Assembly: GCA_040954595.2 (NCBI GenBank)
Contig: JBECUI020000033.1
Coordinates: 62,001 to 126,000 of the forward strand
From: Balanoglossus misakiensis
Lineage: Eukaryota > Animalia > Hemichordata
Reading direction: 5' to 3'
Length of the DNA: 64,000 nucleotides
In this document: piece by piece, positions 34,361-46,836 of the stretch
Layout: every line of letters starts with the position of its first letter
Position numbering within the stretch: the stretch's first letter is position 1
Translations under genes and position numbers: made by a program
Notes under the pieces: generated by a model
Told to the model about the DNA's origin: nothing
Seen by the model: only the letters and a program-made list of their open reading frames with translations
The model's database searches: none

Positions 34361-35651
34361 GAGACTGTAAATAAATCTGTGTAAAGCTCCCAATCTTCGA
34401 TATAAGAAGAGAGGAGCTTTTACTTTGTACGACAGAAGAGTTTAACGAGCTGGTAGATAAGCTGGCTCAGAATCTGAAAACACCACAGATGTATCTGCAA
34501 TGACCAAGATGCTTGCCAAGGTCGCCATGGAGCGAATCCTGGAGATTGAAATGGAAGGGCATCTTGGTGAGAAGAAAAAAGGGAAAAGGCCATCGAAGAA
34601 TTCCCGCAATGGGTACACCCAGAAAACCCTAAAAACTGATAATGCTGAAATCGATTTAGATATTCCGAGAGATCGAGAAGCTACTTTTGAACCACAATTG
34701 CTAAAGAAAAACCAGCGTCGCAGCCAAGATCTCGACAGTAAGATCTTAACCCTTTACGCCAAGGGTATGACAACTAAAGACATCTCAGAGATTTTCAAGG
34801 AAATGTAGGATGTCTCACACACTCTGATATCTAAGATCACAGAGGGAGTGATGGAAGAGGTCCTTGCCTGGCAGAATCGCCCCCTAGATCCCATTTATCC
34901 TATTCTCTACTTGGACTGTATAGTTATCAAAGTTCGGGAAAACAAGCGAGTAATCAACAAGAGGGTGTTTCTTGCTCTAGCCGCAAATGCTGGGGGTATG
35001 AAGGAGCTTCTCGGCCTGTGGATAGCTTGAAACAGAAGGGGCCAAGTTCTGGCTGAGCGTTCTAACAGAGCTCCACGAGGAGTTCAGGATATATTCATCG
35101 CCTGTGTCGATGGCCTCACTGGATTTCCCGATGCGATTAACACGGTATTTCCGAATACAAAAGTCCAGTTCTGCCTTGTTCATCAGGTCCGCAATTCTTT
35201 AAAGTTTGTTTCCAACAAAGATCGAAAAGTGCTATCAGCTGATCTGAAAAGAATCTACAGTTCGATCTCTGAACAGAAAGCTCGCTTAGAGTTGGATCGG
35301 TTTGCTGAGAAGTGGGATTCACAGTATTCCTCTATCAGTAAAAGCTGGCATAGGCACTGTGATAATCTGATTATTTTATCTGATTATCCAGATGAAATCC
35401 GCAAGATTATATACACGACTAATGCGATTGAATCAGTAAATAATGTGATTCGAAAGTCCATCAAGAACAGGAAGATATTCCCTAATGATGGCTCAGCGTG
35501 TAAGATGATTTATCTGGCAATAGAACAGGCTTCAAGGAAATGGTCTATGCCACTTCGAAACTGGAAGCCTGCCATGAATAGATTCGCCATCAATTATGAA
35601 GGGCGGTTCTGATATAGAAAATGAGCTTTACACAGAAAATTTTACAGGCTC
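34361..35651 (+). mobile_element. IS256-family element with disrupted transposase
   Basis: 29-bp terminal inverted repeats, 24/29 identical (GAGACTGTAAA..TGTGTAAAGCTC); NSRNGY, IPRDR, YLDCI, IYTTNAIES motifs; internal stops; no target duplication. Confidence 0.95.
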
Positions 35652-35682
35652 AGCATTAAGTCAAGAAGCCCTAGGGCAACGA

Positions 35683-36779
35683 TTATTGTGCTGTCTGTAA
35701 TATGTCTACTGCTTTATCTAAACTCTGGTCCAAGGCAGGGGAAGCATTAGCAATAGATTGCACAAATATATCCGGGCGAATACCAACCTTAAAGAAGTCA
35801 AACCCGTCTACCCTAAAAGTACGAAATCGCGGAAAGAAAACGCTCCATCCATTTAGCAGCACCTTTTTCTGCGGGGCACCGGGGCATCCCAAAGAGGACG
35901 TTCCAATGACCTTTTGTATTGCCTCTGATTGCTGTAGTATCATCAGGAGCACTTCGGCAGCACTACAGGTAAAGGTATTTATTAGTACGACAAAAGGTTG
36001 ATCTTGATAGTAGGAAAATCCTTTGGGTTGGACGGTTTCATAATGCTTTTGGATGCTGCTTGTTGTAATGCGTAATTCGTCATACATAAAAACTTTTTTC
36101 TTGTTGATAAATCGTGCTCCCACCTCTGCTGCACTGAGTCCATCGCCTCCTAGATTTCCCCGAAGATCAATAATAATTTTTTCCACACCGCTACTGTGGA
36201 ACTCTTTTAGAATATTATCAAGCATTTGTCCAACTACCTGTGTGTTCAGCTCCAAGTCTACAAGATGGAAGTATCCAATGGGAGGTGTTGTGGTGGTTAT
36301 TATCCCGTATTGAAAAAAATCTCCCGCTGCTATTATGTTCCCGGGAAAGTTGACTTGGGTAGTATTCTGGGATTGGTAATTTGGTATATAAGCATCAAAG
36401 TCATTTCCTCGTTCCTCTTGTATGAGACGATTATCCATTTCTGCTGTGATAGGTATTAATCCTGGGTCGAAATATAAATGTGGGTCGCGAATATGTATAT
36501 ATGCAATGTCAGAGAAAACCTCCATAAGGGTTTCCCAAGTAGGGGTAGCACGTATAACTGGTTCGAACAATGTTTTTATATCTGTCAGAGTTTGCCCGTT
36601 TTCAAAGGTATAATTACTGTATGCGTAGAAGATGTTTAGTTCGTGAAAAAAATAATTATAGTTTCCCACAGGGTATTCTCAAAAGCCGGAGAAAATGAGA
36701 GGTTACAGCCAACATAGACAAGTATAACGACAGAGACAGCTAATATATAAAATAGTTTTTTAGAAACGAAATACCACAT
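35683..36779 (-). CDS. S41-family peptidase lipoprotein, frameshift near 36665
   Basis: Lipobox VGC; DPHL, IIDLRGNLGG, TCSAAE, GTSSLG, VGIRPDI. Confidence 0.85.
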
Positions 36780-37539
36780 TGATGTTAACATTATTTTGTA
36801 GCTCCAAACGAATATGAGAAATAGCAAGGTATTCGAGTAGACCGCTATACTCAATTTCCAGTAACAACCATGAAAGAACCGTATACTGATAAGCAATATT
36901 TATACCAAGACTAATGAAGTTATGAAAAGATAGAAAAACAGGATTTGGAAATGTTCCCCAGCCGATACGAGAAATTCCTAGCCCAACCTCACCTGAATGA
37001 TATGGCCGCGAGCCGACGTTTAACATTGGCATGTATAGACCTACCAACAATCCATGGTTCTGATTTATTCGCCAGTCCATATTTGCTTTAAGCCCTATCC
37101 CCGCATATTCCATCCATACTGTTTTGTCTGGGTCAATTCCCCACACGTTCAATGTGAAATGTGCTCCTCCCCCGAAAAAGACTGTTATCTGATTGTTTGC
37201 CCATATTTGAAACAGTGATACGTATCTTGCTTTAATGAAATACGCCAACTCGACTGGGTGCTGATATGCTGGTGTGGCAGCACGATATAATGAAAACAAT
37301 GAACCTACTCCAGACTGTATAAAAAATTTATGTTGAGTTCGGACAGTACGATATGTGTACTCAACGCCACCACCACCGAGAAGTGGTACTTGGTATAGGT
37401 TTGCATATGCCGTATCGGCTCCTACTCCGGTAGAAAGTGTAGCAATCAGGCGAATTTCGGAATGTTGTATTTTTTCCTCTTGTGCAACCAGTGAAGAAAT
37501 AAATATTATCCATAATACACAACATAACATCTGCCTCAT
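36760..37539 (-). CDS. Putative outer-membrane beta-barrel protein
   Basis: Signal peptide, alternating amphipathic strands, C-terminal Phe (VVFRF); overlaps the peptidase start. Confidence 0.65.
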   Translation of the reverse strand: MRQMLCCVLWIIFISSLVAQEEKIQHSEIRLIATLSTGVGADTAYANLYQVPLLGGGGVEYTYRTVRTQHKFFIQSGVGSLFSLYRAATPAYQHPVELAYFIKARYVSLFQIWANNQITVFFGGGAHFTLNVWGIDPDKTVWMEYAGIGLKANMDWRINQNHGLLVGLYMPMLNVGSRPYHSGEVGLGISRIGWGTFPNPVFLSFHNFISLGINIAYQYTVLSWLLLEIEYSGLLEYLAISHIRLELQNNVNINVVFRF

Positions 37540-37914
37540 CGTTGATGCAGGATAGCAGCAAAAACCAACCAAGTCAAGAAGAGAAACGAGCTGGGACTAG
37601 TTATGCATAGTTATTGGGTTAAATAAGCTGAAGAGTTTTCTCTCCGGAGAAATAAGATTCTGCTACTATAGAGGGGTAGGTAATATTTTTTGATCACGCG
37701 GCATATTTCATAACTTTTCTTTCTAAATCTTTTTTTTGAGATAAGGAAGTTATACAATCTCCACCGAAATTCAAAAGCCTCTGTGTTATCTTTGTTGGAA
37801 TCGTTTCCAGATCTTCAAAAATAGTTAAAGAATCAAACCGAAATGCTTTTTTCCTTGTGTTCACAGTAATCTTTCTAAAATAATGCTTGCTAATTGGGCC
37901 TTCTCTTTGTTGCC

Positions 37915-38546
37915 TACAGCAAAATGGACTCAGGTCCATCAACTGGGTTAGCAGCTTTTTCCGGATCTCTCGATTGTGCTTGGAAATCTGATACGGTAGG
38001 CCGGTTCCCATCCATTTGACGAGGCTGTAATACCCGGGTGATGTGCGAACAAACTGGCCGGGCTCACCACTGGCCTTTGCCCGTTTGAGTTCAGTCACCA
38101 ATTGAGCGTTCATGGTTGCTTCGGGAGTCTTACCAGAGGTGTTCAACCAGCCCTGACTCATGGCCTTGTCTGTAATGTTTCGGTAATGCATGGAATTCCG
38201 ATTAGCAAACTGATCCAGCACCTTTTCAGCGGCATCCAGAAATGAATACGTTTCTGTTGTATTGGCCCAAGTGCTCTCTTTTTTTTGTTCGGGCTCCTCT
38301 GCATCGCAAACAGCAACAGTCTGCGTATCCCGAAGAAAGAACCTCTGAGGCGCAACCTTCACAAAGGTCGATTGGTCCCCATGCTTTTTGATATCTGAGT
38401 AAAGACGGGCACTGACAGTGGCCGCTGGAGTTTTGCCATCGCTTGACCAGAAGCCCGCTTCCATAATCCGCTCGGCCGATCTCCTTGGCATGGAGAGGCG
38501 TTCCTGCGTCCTTCAATATCTGTATGGCTGCGTCTTGGACATTCAT
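37915..38546 (-). pseudogene. mrr: Truncated Mrr-like restriction protein with two tandem HARE-type winged-helix domains; nuclease domain lost
   Basis: Two DAA..IL/VL...GKTP.AT(V/M)SA/NA repeats; ends at LLTQLMDLSPF where the Mrr catalytic domain would begin; unrelated sequence follows. Confidence 0.7.
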
Positions 38547-38557
38547 AGCGATTTCCT

Positions 38558-39844
38558 GGTAGTGTCAAGAATTTGCGCACTTTCAAATCTCCAATGTTGA
38601 AAGAGCCTAACTTACTTCTTGCCTTATCGCTTTAAGTAAGTCCATATTCAAATACTTTTCTGTACTCCATATTGTTCCCATGATGTACCTGAGCCTGGCA
38701 GCTGATAGCATAAGGGCCGAATCCCCATCGGGGAAATGTTCTGCTATTTGGTTCTTCGAACCAGGGTTCTGCGAACCAGGGTCCTGCGTTTGATTTCTTT
38801 CATGATTCTTTCAAGAGGATTATTAGTCCTGATCCGAATCCAATGTTCCTGAGGGAAATACCTATGCTCAAGAGTTTCGTGGATATAGTTTTTCACCATC
38901 TTAGCAGCCTTGGGAAGTTTCATATTGCGGAGTTTCGCTTCAATCAGTTGAGCCTTCTCAAGAGCAGCATCACGATCTTCTTGCGCATAGAATTGCCTTC
39001 ATGCTTTAGGGAAAAACTCTTCGATGGATTCAGGCCAATCCGATGCATTTGTCGCTTATGAAGAGCTTTAGTATCCTTAAACCCTTAGGTTGTCAAGTGT
39101 GCAGGAAGTTGCTCCATCCAGCTTTATCTTCCTTTTCACCTTCAACAACAAACACTACGATATCCGCTTCCTGAGACGCCTATCGCTACCAGGATGCTTA
39201 CATTTCGCACTTTCCGGCCCATGGAGAGATTGAGGACTGACCCATCCAGATACACATAAGGGAAGTTCTCATTGATGGGTTGATTCCGCCAAGTATTGAT
39301 TCTCTCCTAAGAGATCCTGGTTCAAATTGCTCATTGTCCCAGGGCTGACTTTGGTTCCCCCAAGAGCCTCGGTAATATCTTTAATTCGGCGCACTGAAAC
39401 ACCGGCTAAATACATTTCAACCAATGCGTCTTCAACGGATGTTTCCCGGCGTTTATAACGCTCAATAATTGCTGTTTCGAATGGAAGCCGAAGTAGGGAC
39501 AGGTCGCGACCTGTCCCTACTCTTGAAAGCAGTGATCTCCAACTTCCTGGTGTAATGTCCGGCACGAGTATCTTTTCGTGCATCCCTAGGTTCGTATTTT
39601 TCAGCCTGAAGTAAAGGATCTGCCTCCGCATTGAGCATGGCATTCAAGGTTTCCTCATACGGTTTTTTTAACCATTTGGCTGCTCTGTACAAGACCTTAA
39701 TCAATCTGTATGATCTTTCCCGTGGGGTCTCTGACTTCATTCTTTCCTCATGTGTGAATGGTTTTGCTTTGATTCCATTTCAACATTGGAGGACATTTTT
39801 TTTCAATGCCTTTTTAGAATGTGCGCAATTTTTTAAACACTACC
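38558..39844 (-). mobile_element. IS256-family element (second subtype), degenerate
   Basis: Ends GGTAGTGTCAAGAATTTGCGCAC / GTGCGCAATTTTTTAAACACTACC; ETAIIERYKRRETSVE, MYLAGVSVRR, IRTNNPLERIMKEI fragments. Confidence 0.9.
39493..39520. repeat. Perfect 28-bp GTAG-type REP palindrome
   Basis: GTAGGGACAGGTCG|CGACCTGTCCCTAC; identical copies at 45504-45531 and 45757-45784. Confidence 0.9.
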
Positions 39845-39954
39845 GGGAACGATAATGCAAAACAGGCTGACAAGAATCGCGTAGTCAGGGGAGCCTTGAC
39901 GTTACAAAGCCGTTCCTTGACCTCAAGTAAGGGATTTCCCCGTAGTAACCAAAT

Positions 39955-41223
39955 TCATGCTGACGGCGGCTCGGCGGTCTCATTTCTTAGTTGAGCAAGG
40001 ATCTCGACACCAAGGTTCCGGTTCAATCTACCCTGATCACTATTGATAATGGGTACGTGCCAGAGAGAACACGAACCGTTTTGTTTACCCAGGAACCGGC
40101 CGGCAATACGGGATTCGGCGGTGGCCGGATAGATTAAATTGCTGGACTCGGCATGGAAATATTTATTGTAGACAAACATCTGTTTCAAATCATTGACATC
40201 AGGCTGCTTGTCTCTGGATGCCACCTTCCATTTGGTGTCGAAAACGACACGGCGGTTCTCCCTTAAATCATCGGTCCAATTAATGACAATATCCGGCTGC
40301 ACTGTCCTTGCCCGCCCCTTATCGAGCTGCCAGAATTTCCGGGATTTCTGAGTTTCCACGCGAAAGCCGGTACCCTTGAAGCACTCTTGAGAACGGTGGC
40401 TACGTAGGATTCAAAAAGGGCCTCCATGGGGAACATAATGGCGAGTACAGATCGATTTCCCCCGCACACATCAGGAAAGTAATTGAGAATAATCATCTCG
40501 GCAAGCCGGATGGCAGACCGGTATCGTTCCGCCATTCGGCCATAACGAAGCCTTTCAAAGGATGATCGATGAAAGGAGCCGTCGGAAACCCCTTCAAACT
40601 GATACTGAAGCATCATGGTATCCCGTCTATGAGCTGGATTACGGGATACCTCCCGCAAAACTGTCAATGCCTTAAGCAGGATCTGATTAAAAACATTGTC
40701 CTCGGTATAATCCTGAGCTGATGTAACAAACCGCTCCTTTCTTACCAGATTCTGCTTCAGCTGCTCCTGAAAAAGAAGCCGTCCCTTCAAAACCCTTCTA
40801 TTCAAGGTCTTCTGTATATATTGACGCAGGAGTCCTTCAGAAAGGAGCCCTCGGCACTGGTCCAGAAACATCTGATAATAGAGATCAAGAAGGGGTTCCC
40901 TGAGTAGCTTCAACGAGGCATTTGATGTTGTTGTAATGTAAGAAATCCGCTGATTTTGAGGCATGTTGATCAGCACATCCCGCCAGAGTTCCTTGTCCGA
41001 AACCCTGCCGGTCTTGGGTAGTACCTCAATAACCAGGTCCTTAACCTGAATAACACCAACATAGTTGACAAATCGTAGAGAACGATGTCCCAGTTGAAAA
41101 TAGGACTCCCTATGCTTTCCAGGTATGCAGCCAGGAGTTCAAAATGTTGGTTGGTAAAAAGCCTTTAGTATTGACTCTCAAAGTCTCGTACTCAAAGACC
41201 TGAATGACCTTAGGCGTTCTCAT
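39955..41223 (-). CDS. mcrC: McrC-family nuclease subunit, frameshifted
   Basis: [13 protein letters not shown] start, YVGVIQ, IEVLPK, FPMEALFE, QPDIV..FDTKWK, DLKQMFVY PD-(D/E)xK motif. Confidence 0.9.
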
Positions 41224-42977
41224 AAAGGGAAGCAAAGTCTTCTTCGGAGAGCTCCGAGACGTCTCTCAAAACGTACACATCCTTGGTCTCCATGTCGATA
41301 TTCCCATTTCCAGGATCAAGCAGAGTTGCCTGATCCTCCTCCTTGATGGGCTTAACAAACCGCTCTCCCAGAACCATACCCACACGGGCCAGATCACCGG
41401 CAAAGTACTCTTCAAGAAGTGGTATAACGTTATAACTAAATACCTTTCGCAAAGCCTGAAGTGCGTTTTCTGCCTTGATAATGTCCATAAAGTAGGAATG
41501 CCCAAGGGAATGATCCCGGTCAATAAGCATCGTGATCCGCTGATTAATCACCGTCAATAGCTTGCGAAGGTCCACAGGAAAGTTTTCTGTTGTTTGATCA
41601 GTTCCGGCTCAGGAAAACACTCCTTAAATTGAAAGCGGCGGCGAAGTGCTGAGTCCAAAGCGACAATACTGCGGTCAGCCGTATTCATCGTCCCCACGAT
41701 GTAGAGGTTGGGAGGTATTCCAAATCGTTTCTTTGAATACGGCAGCGTTACCATCACTTCATTTTCGGCCCCCAACCTCTTATCCGGCTCAATAAGAGTT
41801 ATCAGCTCACCAAAGATTGAAGCAACAATGCCGCGGTTAATCTCGTCAATGAATATCGCATATTTTTTATCCGGTTGGGCCAGTGCTCTTGCTGCAATCT
41901 GTTTGAAAATACCCGGTTCTATCCTGTAGCTAAGATCAGAATCCTCTGAGCCTTCCCATCACCGGTTTAATGCCTTCAACAAAATCTTCGTAGCTATAGG
42001 ACTGATGGAATGTGGTGAACACATAGCGGATATCCTCCGTTCGCTTTTCCTTCTCCTGGTAGTCCTTTAAAAATTCCTGAAAGCTCGGAGCCATGTTTTC
42101 AATCAGCTTCTTATCAACAGACCAGGCAGACTTCTCATCTTTCCAGAAAACCAGGGGCTCTGCCACATTCTGAAGGTTGACATGTGGGCAGTCTCTCTTT
42201 GTGTGCATCTGGAGATTTGACCAAATGGTGGCTCTGGGCTGTTTACTTGACGATGTGGCTATCTTGGCCTGTAGAATCGGGTGTTTCACCATGAGGGGTA
42301 CGGTGACTGCTTTATCAAGATCCAGCAATGCCATCGCCGCGGCCTGCCACCAGGAGAGTTGTTTCTCATCCATAAGTTTCATAGCGCGCTCCTCATCCGT
42401 CTGGACAGAGGCATGATCTACAAACCGTTTCTTGGCAAGTTCTGTCAGAAGTTTGTATGTCTTTCCCGGTTCCCGGAGGCCCGTAGTAAATGATGTTCAA
42501 ATTGATATCCTCCATGGGAGATTTTATGGATGAAGCGGCGTTTGAAACGAGATCCGCAAGGGTCAGTCCGAAATATTTTTTAAGAATCTGCTCCTCAAAG
42601 AGTTTCTCATCATCGGGTTTTACCTTCATCACAGTGGAATTGTAGTTCGGAGTCCATCCCTTCATGACGCCTTCATAGCGGCTGGGGCTGTCCCGTTTCT
42701 TGATCACCTCATAGGAGCGTTTGCGCCACCCCTCCCGTTCCTCCCAACCCTCCAATTCGGTGGCTTCAGAGTCAATCCTCCCCAGGAGGATAATACCCTC
42801 GTCATTGCCATGACAGAGGAAGAAGTAATCTCCAGGTTTCATTTCATGGGCAAACGCCTCCCCTTGCCCCTTCTGCGTGCCAAGAGCTACGGTTACCCAT
42901 TGACGGTTAAGCAGATTAGCCCTCTCCTCCTTTGTAAAGTCCTTTGCACCGTGAGAAATCTTCCAGATCGTTACCAT
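41210..42977 (-). CDS. mcrB: McrB-family AAA+ GTPase, several frameshifts
   Basis: [61 protein letters not shown]. Confidence 0.92.
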
Positions 42978-43403
42978 TCATCAACCTCTTTAATAATACC
43001 CCGTGTTCCAGAGAAGACAGCATCAATAGTCTTTCAAAATTTAGACCTTTATCATCCCCATCTCCCTCCTGTTTTTCCCCATCACTTCACCCGCCAACCA
43101 CACTGAAAAAATAGCATAGCCTGTAGTCAGACTTTTTAGCAATTTGTTTTATAATAGGCGTAAAGTCCAAACCCAAACGGCCCGTCCCCTAATATCCCCC
43201 CAAACCCCCGCTGGCAATGGAGAAAATCCTGTTAATCCCTAACTTTTAACACTCTCCTATGAGCAGCAGAAGGAGCCATACCAAAAAATAATAAAAAGTT
43301 ATTGTAACCCATTATTTTTTATGACAAGATAAATCAACAAGAGAATATGCGGGTCACAAATTAAATACCCAAGTGAGCCCATTAAGGAACCGGAGGACAC
43401 CTC

Positions 43404-44853
43404 ATGATACGGAAAGCAATCAATATCATAAAATATTTTATTCCCTTTGCTTTGGGTTTGATGTTTTTATACCCGCTGTTCATATTTTTTGGATTATTTA
43501 TTTTTAACGAATACGTAACATTTTCAATCGCCACAGTATTAACCTGCCTAATTTTTTATCTTTCATACAGGAAAATTTTCAACAAAATTTAACAAAATAA
43601 ACAAAATCATCTTTTCTTCCCTCTTTATTTTACCCTTAATTTTTGTTTTTGCTTTCTGTGCCCGGTTTGATTTTTCCCCTTAATCTTCCCACCGAAATTT
43701 ATAAACCTGCAAAATACGATGAGACAATTTTTGAGCTTTCAATGGGTGAGAAAATGGCTGTTTACAGCACATTGCCGAAGAGAAAACGTCAAACAAAAAT
43801 ATTTTATTTCTTTTGGGAGGTCCCGGAGGGTTGGTTACCGACTCTTATCTTGATTTTTTAACTGAGTATTCCAAACAAGGTTACAATGCGTATATATATT
43901 CACTTTATTCAAGCGGGAATCTCAGTTTTATGATTTTGATGAATCTCTAATAAATGTAGACGGGGAAATAAGAAGGTTAGATGAAATAATTGACAGAATC
44001 AGGAATAATGAAAAAGTCTATTTAATGGGTCACTCCTATGCCGGCGCCATAATAGGAAGATATTTATCGGAGCAGGAAAGAGCCGATAAGATTGAGAAAG
44101 TAATATTCTTTGACTGCAGCGGAATATTCAGCCTCCCCGATGGAAACGTTAAGAAAAACAACTGGGGCACTCTCAACGAGAATTTACGGGAATTATTTAA
44201 AGAAGAGTATGAAATGAGAAATGAAGAAGGCACAACTCATTTTACCTTTGATTATTCCTTTTTCTCAAAAGCGGAAATATGAGGATGGGTTTGTTTCATT
44301 TAGGATCATCTCTCTATTCAAAAAGATTCATAGGATGGGGAGAAGGGATCAAAAATTTTCTTCCTACTTTTGTACAATAAAAAAGCTTTTTCGGAAAATG
44401 TTTACTCCATTGATTATTTTGAAAATACATTGCGGTTAAATATACCATTCGGCGATATAATGGAATTTCAATATTACTGGTTTTCCGTCACACAGGAAAA
44501 ATAAATTCCCGTTTTTAATCGGTATGAATTTGATAACTCAAAAAATAAATGTTGAACTTGAAAATTCTGAGGATTATTATGAAAAACTAATAGAAGTAAA
44601 AACACCCGAAGCCCTGATGTTCTATCCTGAATTTTCCTCTGTAGGCTGGGCCATATCAAGAGATTATAAATCCCTATATGATAATATCTCAATTCTCTTA
44701 GTGGAAGGAGCGGGTCACGGGGTTTGGTCCAATGATCCTCAAAAGATAGCTGAAAATTCAATCAGATTTTTTAAGGGAACCATAGCAGAGGAAGAGTTCT
44801 ATGATGAGTTAGAACACCCTTTTAAAGACAGCTCAGAAAACATGGCGGAATAG
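43404..44853 (+). CDS. Membrane-anchored alpha/beta hydrolase (proline iminopeptidase-like), multiply frameshifted
   Basis: N-terminal TM segments, LGGPGG, GHSYAG nucleophile elbow, GAGHGVW; AT-rich. Confidence 0.7.
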
Positions 44854-45177
44854 CCTGTAACCGGAAGCTAAACTAACCATCGACAGCCAGCGACGCTTCA
44901 TACAAAGCATGTAATAAATCGTCCACATCCGGTTTTCCCGTCTTGCTGGCGTTTGATGATGTCAGCAAGGCAAAACTTATATCAAGTTCCGGATTGTAAA
45001 ACAGGAAATTTTCCGAACCTATGCTCCTCCCATAGGAGCCCAGAAAATAGGTATTATAATAAAAATCTTACGGACTCCATAGCCAAATACCGGATCATCC
45101 GCCGCTGTGTAGTCCTTCACCGAATCATAGAGTTCTGCGCGTATGGTGGAATCCACCTGACCTTGGGAACTGTAGCA

Positions 45178-46389
45178 GGTAGTGTTTAAAAGATTGCGCA
45201 CATTCTAAAAAGGCATTGAAAAAAAATGTCCTCCAATGTTGAAATGGAATCGAATGTAAAACCATTCACACGGAGGACAAAATGAGGTCAGAAAAAGACC
45301 CCACGGGAAATATCATACAGATCGATGAAGGTCTCCTACAGAGCAGCCAAATGGTTAAAAAACCGTAGAGGGAACCTTGAATGCCATGCTCAATGCAGAG
45401 GCAGATTTTTTACTTCAGGCTGAAAAATACGAACCTACGGATGCACGAAAAGATACTCGTGCTGGACATTACACCAGGAAGTTGGATATCACTGCTTTCA
45501 AGAGTAGGGACAGGTCGCGACCTGTCCCTACTTCGGCTTCCATTCGAAACAGCAATTATTGAGCGTTATAAACGCCGGGAAACATCCGTTGAAGAAGCCT
45601 TAGTTGAAATGTATTTAGCTGGTGTTTCAGTGCGCCGAGTTAAAGATATTACCGAGGCCCTTTGGGGAACCAAGATAAAGCCCTGGGACAATGAGCAATT
45701 TGAACCAGGATCTCTTAGTAGAGAATCAATACTTGGCGGAATCAACCCATCAAGGAGTAGGGACAGGTCGCGACCTGTCCCTACTTCGGCAGCGACATGT
45801 CCCTACTTCGGCAGCGACATAGTTGGATACGGAAATGCTGTATTCGTTTTCTGCAATTTCCTTGTTGTATACTAGTTTTGCGAAGTGTTTAATTGGTGGT
45901 GTTTTAAAAAATTGCGCACATTCTAAAAAAGGCAAGGATACTAAGCTCTTCATAAGCGACAAATGCATTGGGTTGGCCTGAATCCATCGAAGAGTTTTTC
46001 CCTAAAGCACGATGGCTATGAAACTTCCCAAGGCTGCTAACATGGTGAAAAACTATATCCACGAAACTTTTGAGCATAGGTATTTCCCTCAGGAACATTG
46101 GATTCGGATCAGGACTAATAATCCTCTGAAAGAATCATGAAAGAAATCAAACGCAGAAACCCTGGTTCGAAGAACCCTGGTTCGCAGAACCATACTAGCA
46201 GAACATTTCCCCCGATGGGGATTCCGGCCCTTATGCTATCAGCTGCTAGGCTCAGGTACATCATGGGAACAAAATGGAGTACAGAAAAGTATTTGAATAT
46301 GGACTTACTTAAAAGCGATAAGGCAAGATGTACGTTAGGCTCTTTCAACATTTGGAGATTTGAAAGTGCGCAAAATTCTTGACACTACC
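45178..46389 (+). mobile_element. IS256-family remnant(s), same subtype as 38558-39844, inverted orientation, with a nested extra left end at ~45895
   Basis: GGTAGTGTTTAAAAGATTGCGCAC ... GTGCGCAAAATTCTTGACACTACC; internal GGTGGTGTTTTAAAAAATTGCGCAC. Confidence 0.88.
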
Positions 46390-46836
46390 TTCTATACTGA
46401 TTTCATCTATTGGACAAGTTGAGTCAAACCGTGTATTTGAAAAAGAAAGGATACTGCACTATATCTAGTGTTTTTATTTTTTAATTGAGAATAAAAACTC
46501 CCCATCAAAAATATCAGCAATAAAATGAGACAACTAATAAAGTGTGAATATTTATAAAGATAAAGGATGGGAAGCAGGTGAAAAATAAAAAATTTTAAAA
46601 AAAATAAGCGAGAAGAAAATAAAGGCTTATGAGTAGATTTACAGGAAAAAAAATCGTTAGTTAATTCACAGGAAAAGCATGATGAAAGAATCTTCTTATT
46701 AAGTATGAAATTCCTACTTCAACGGGACTACTCCGGTCTTAGGTAATGCTTCATCGTTAAAGGAACAGCCATCACCAAAAATAGCTGTAGGCGCATTTTT
46801 ACCCTATTCCCTTACCCCTTCGCTGTAGGGGGGCAA

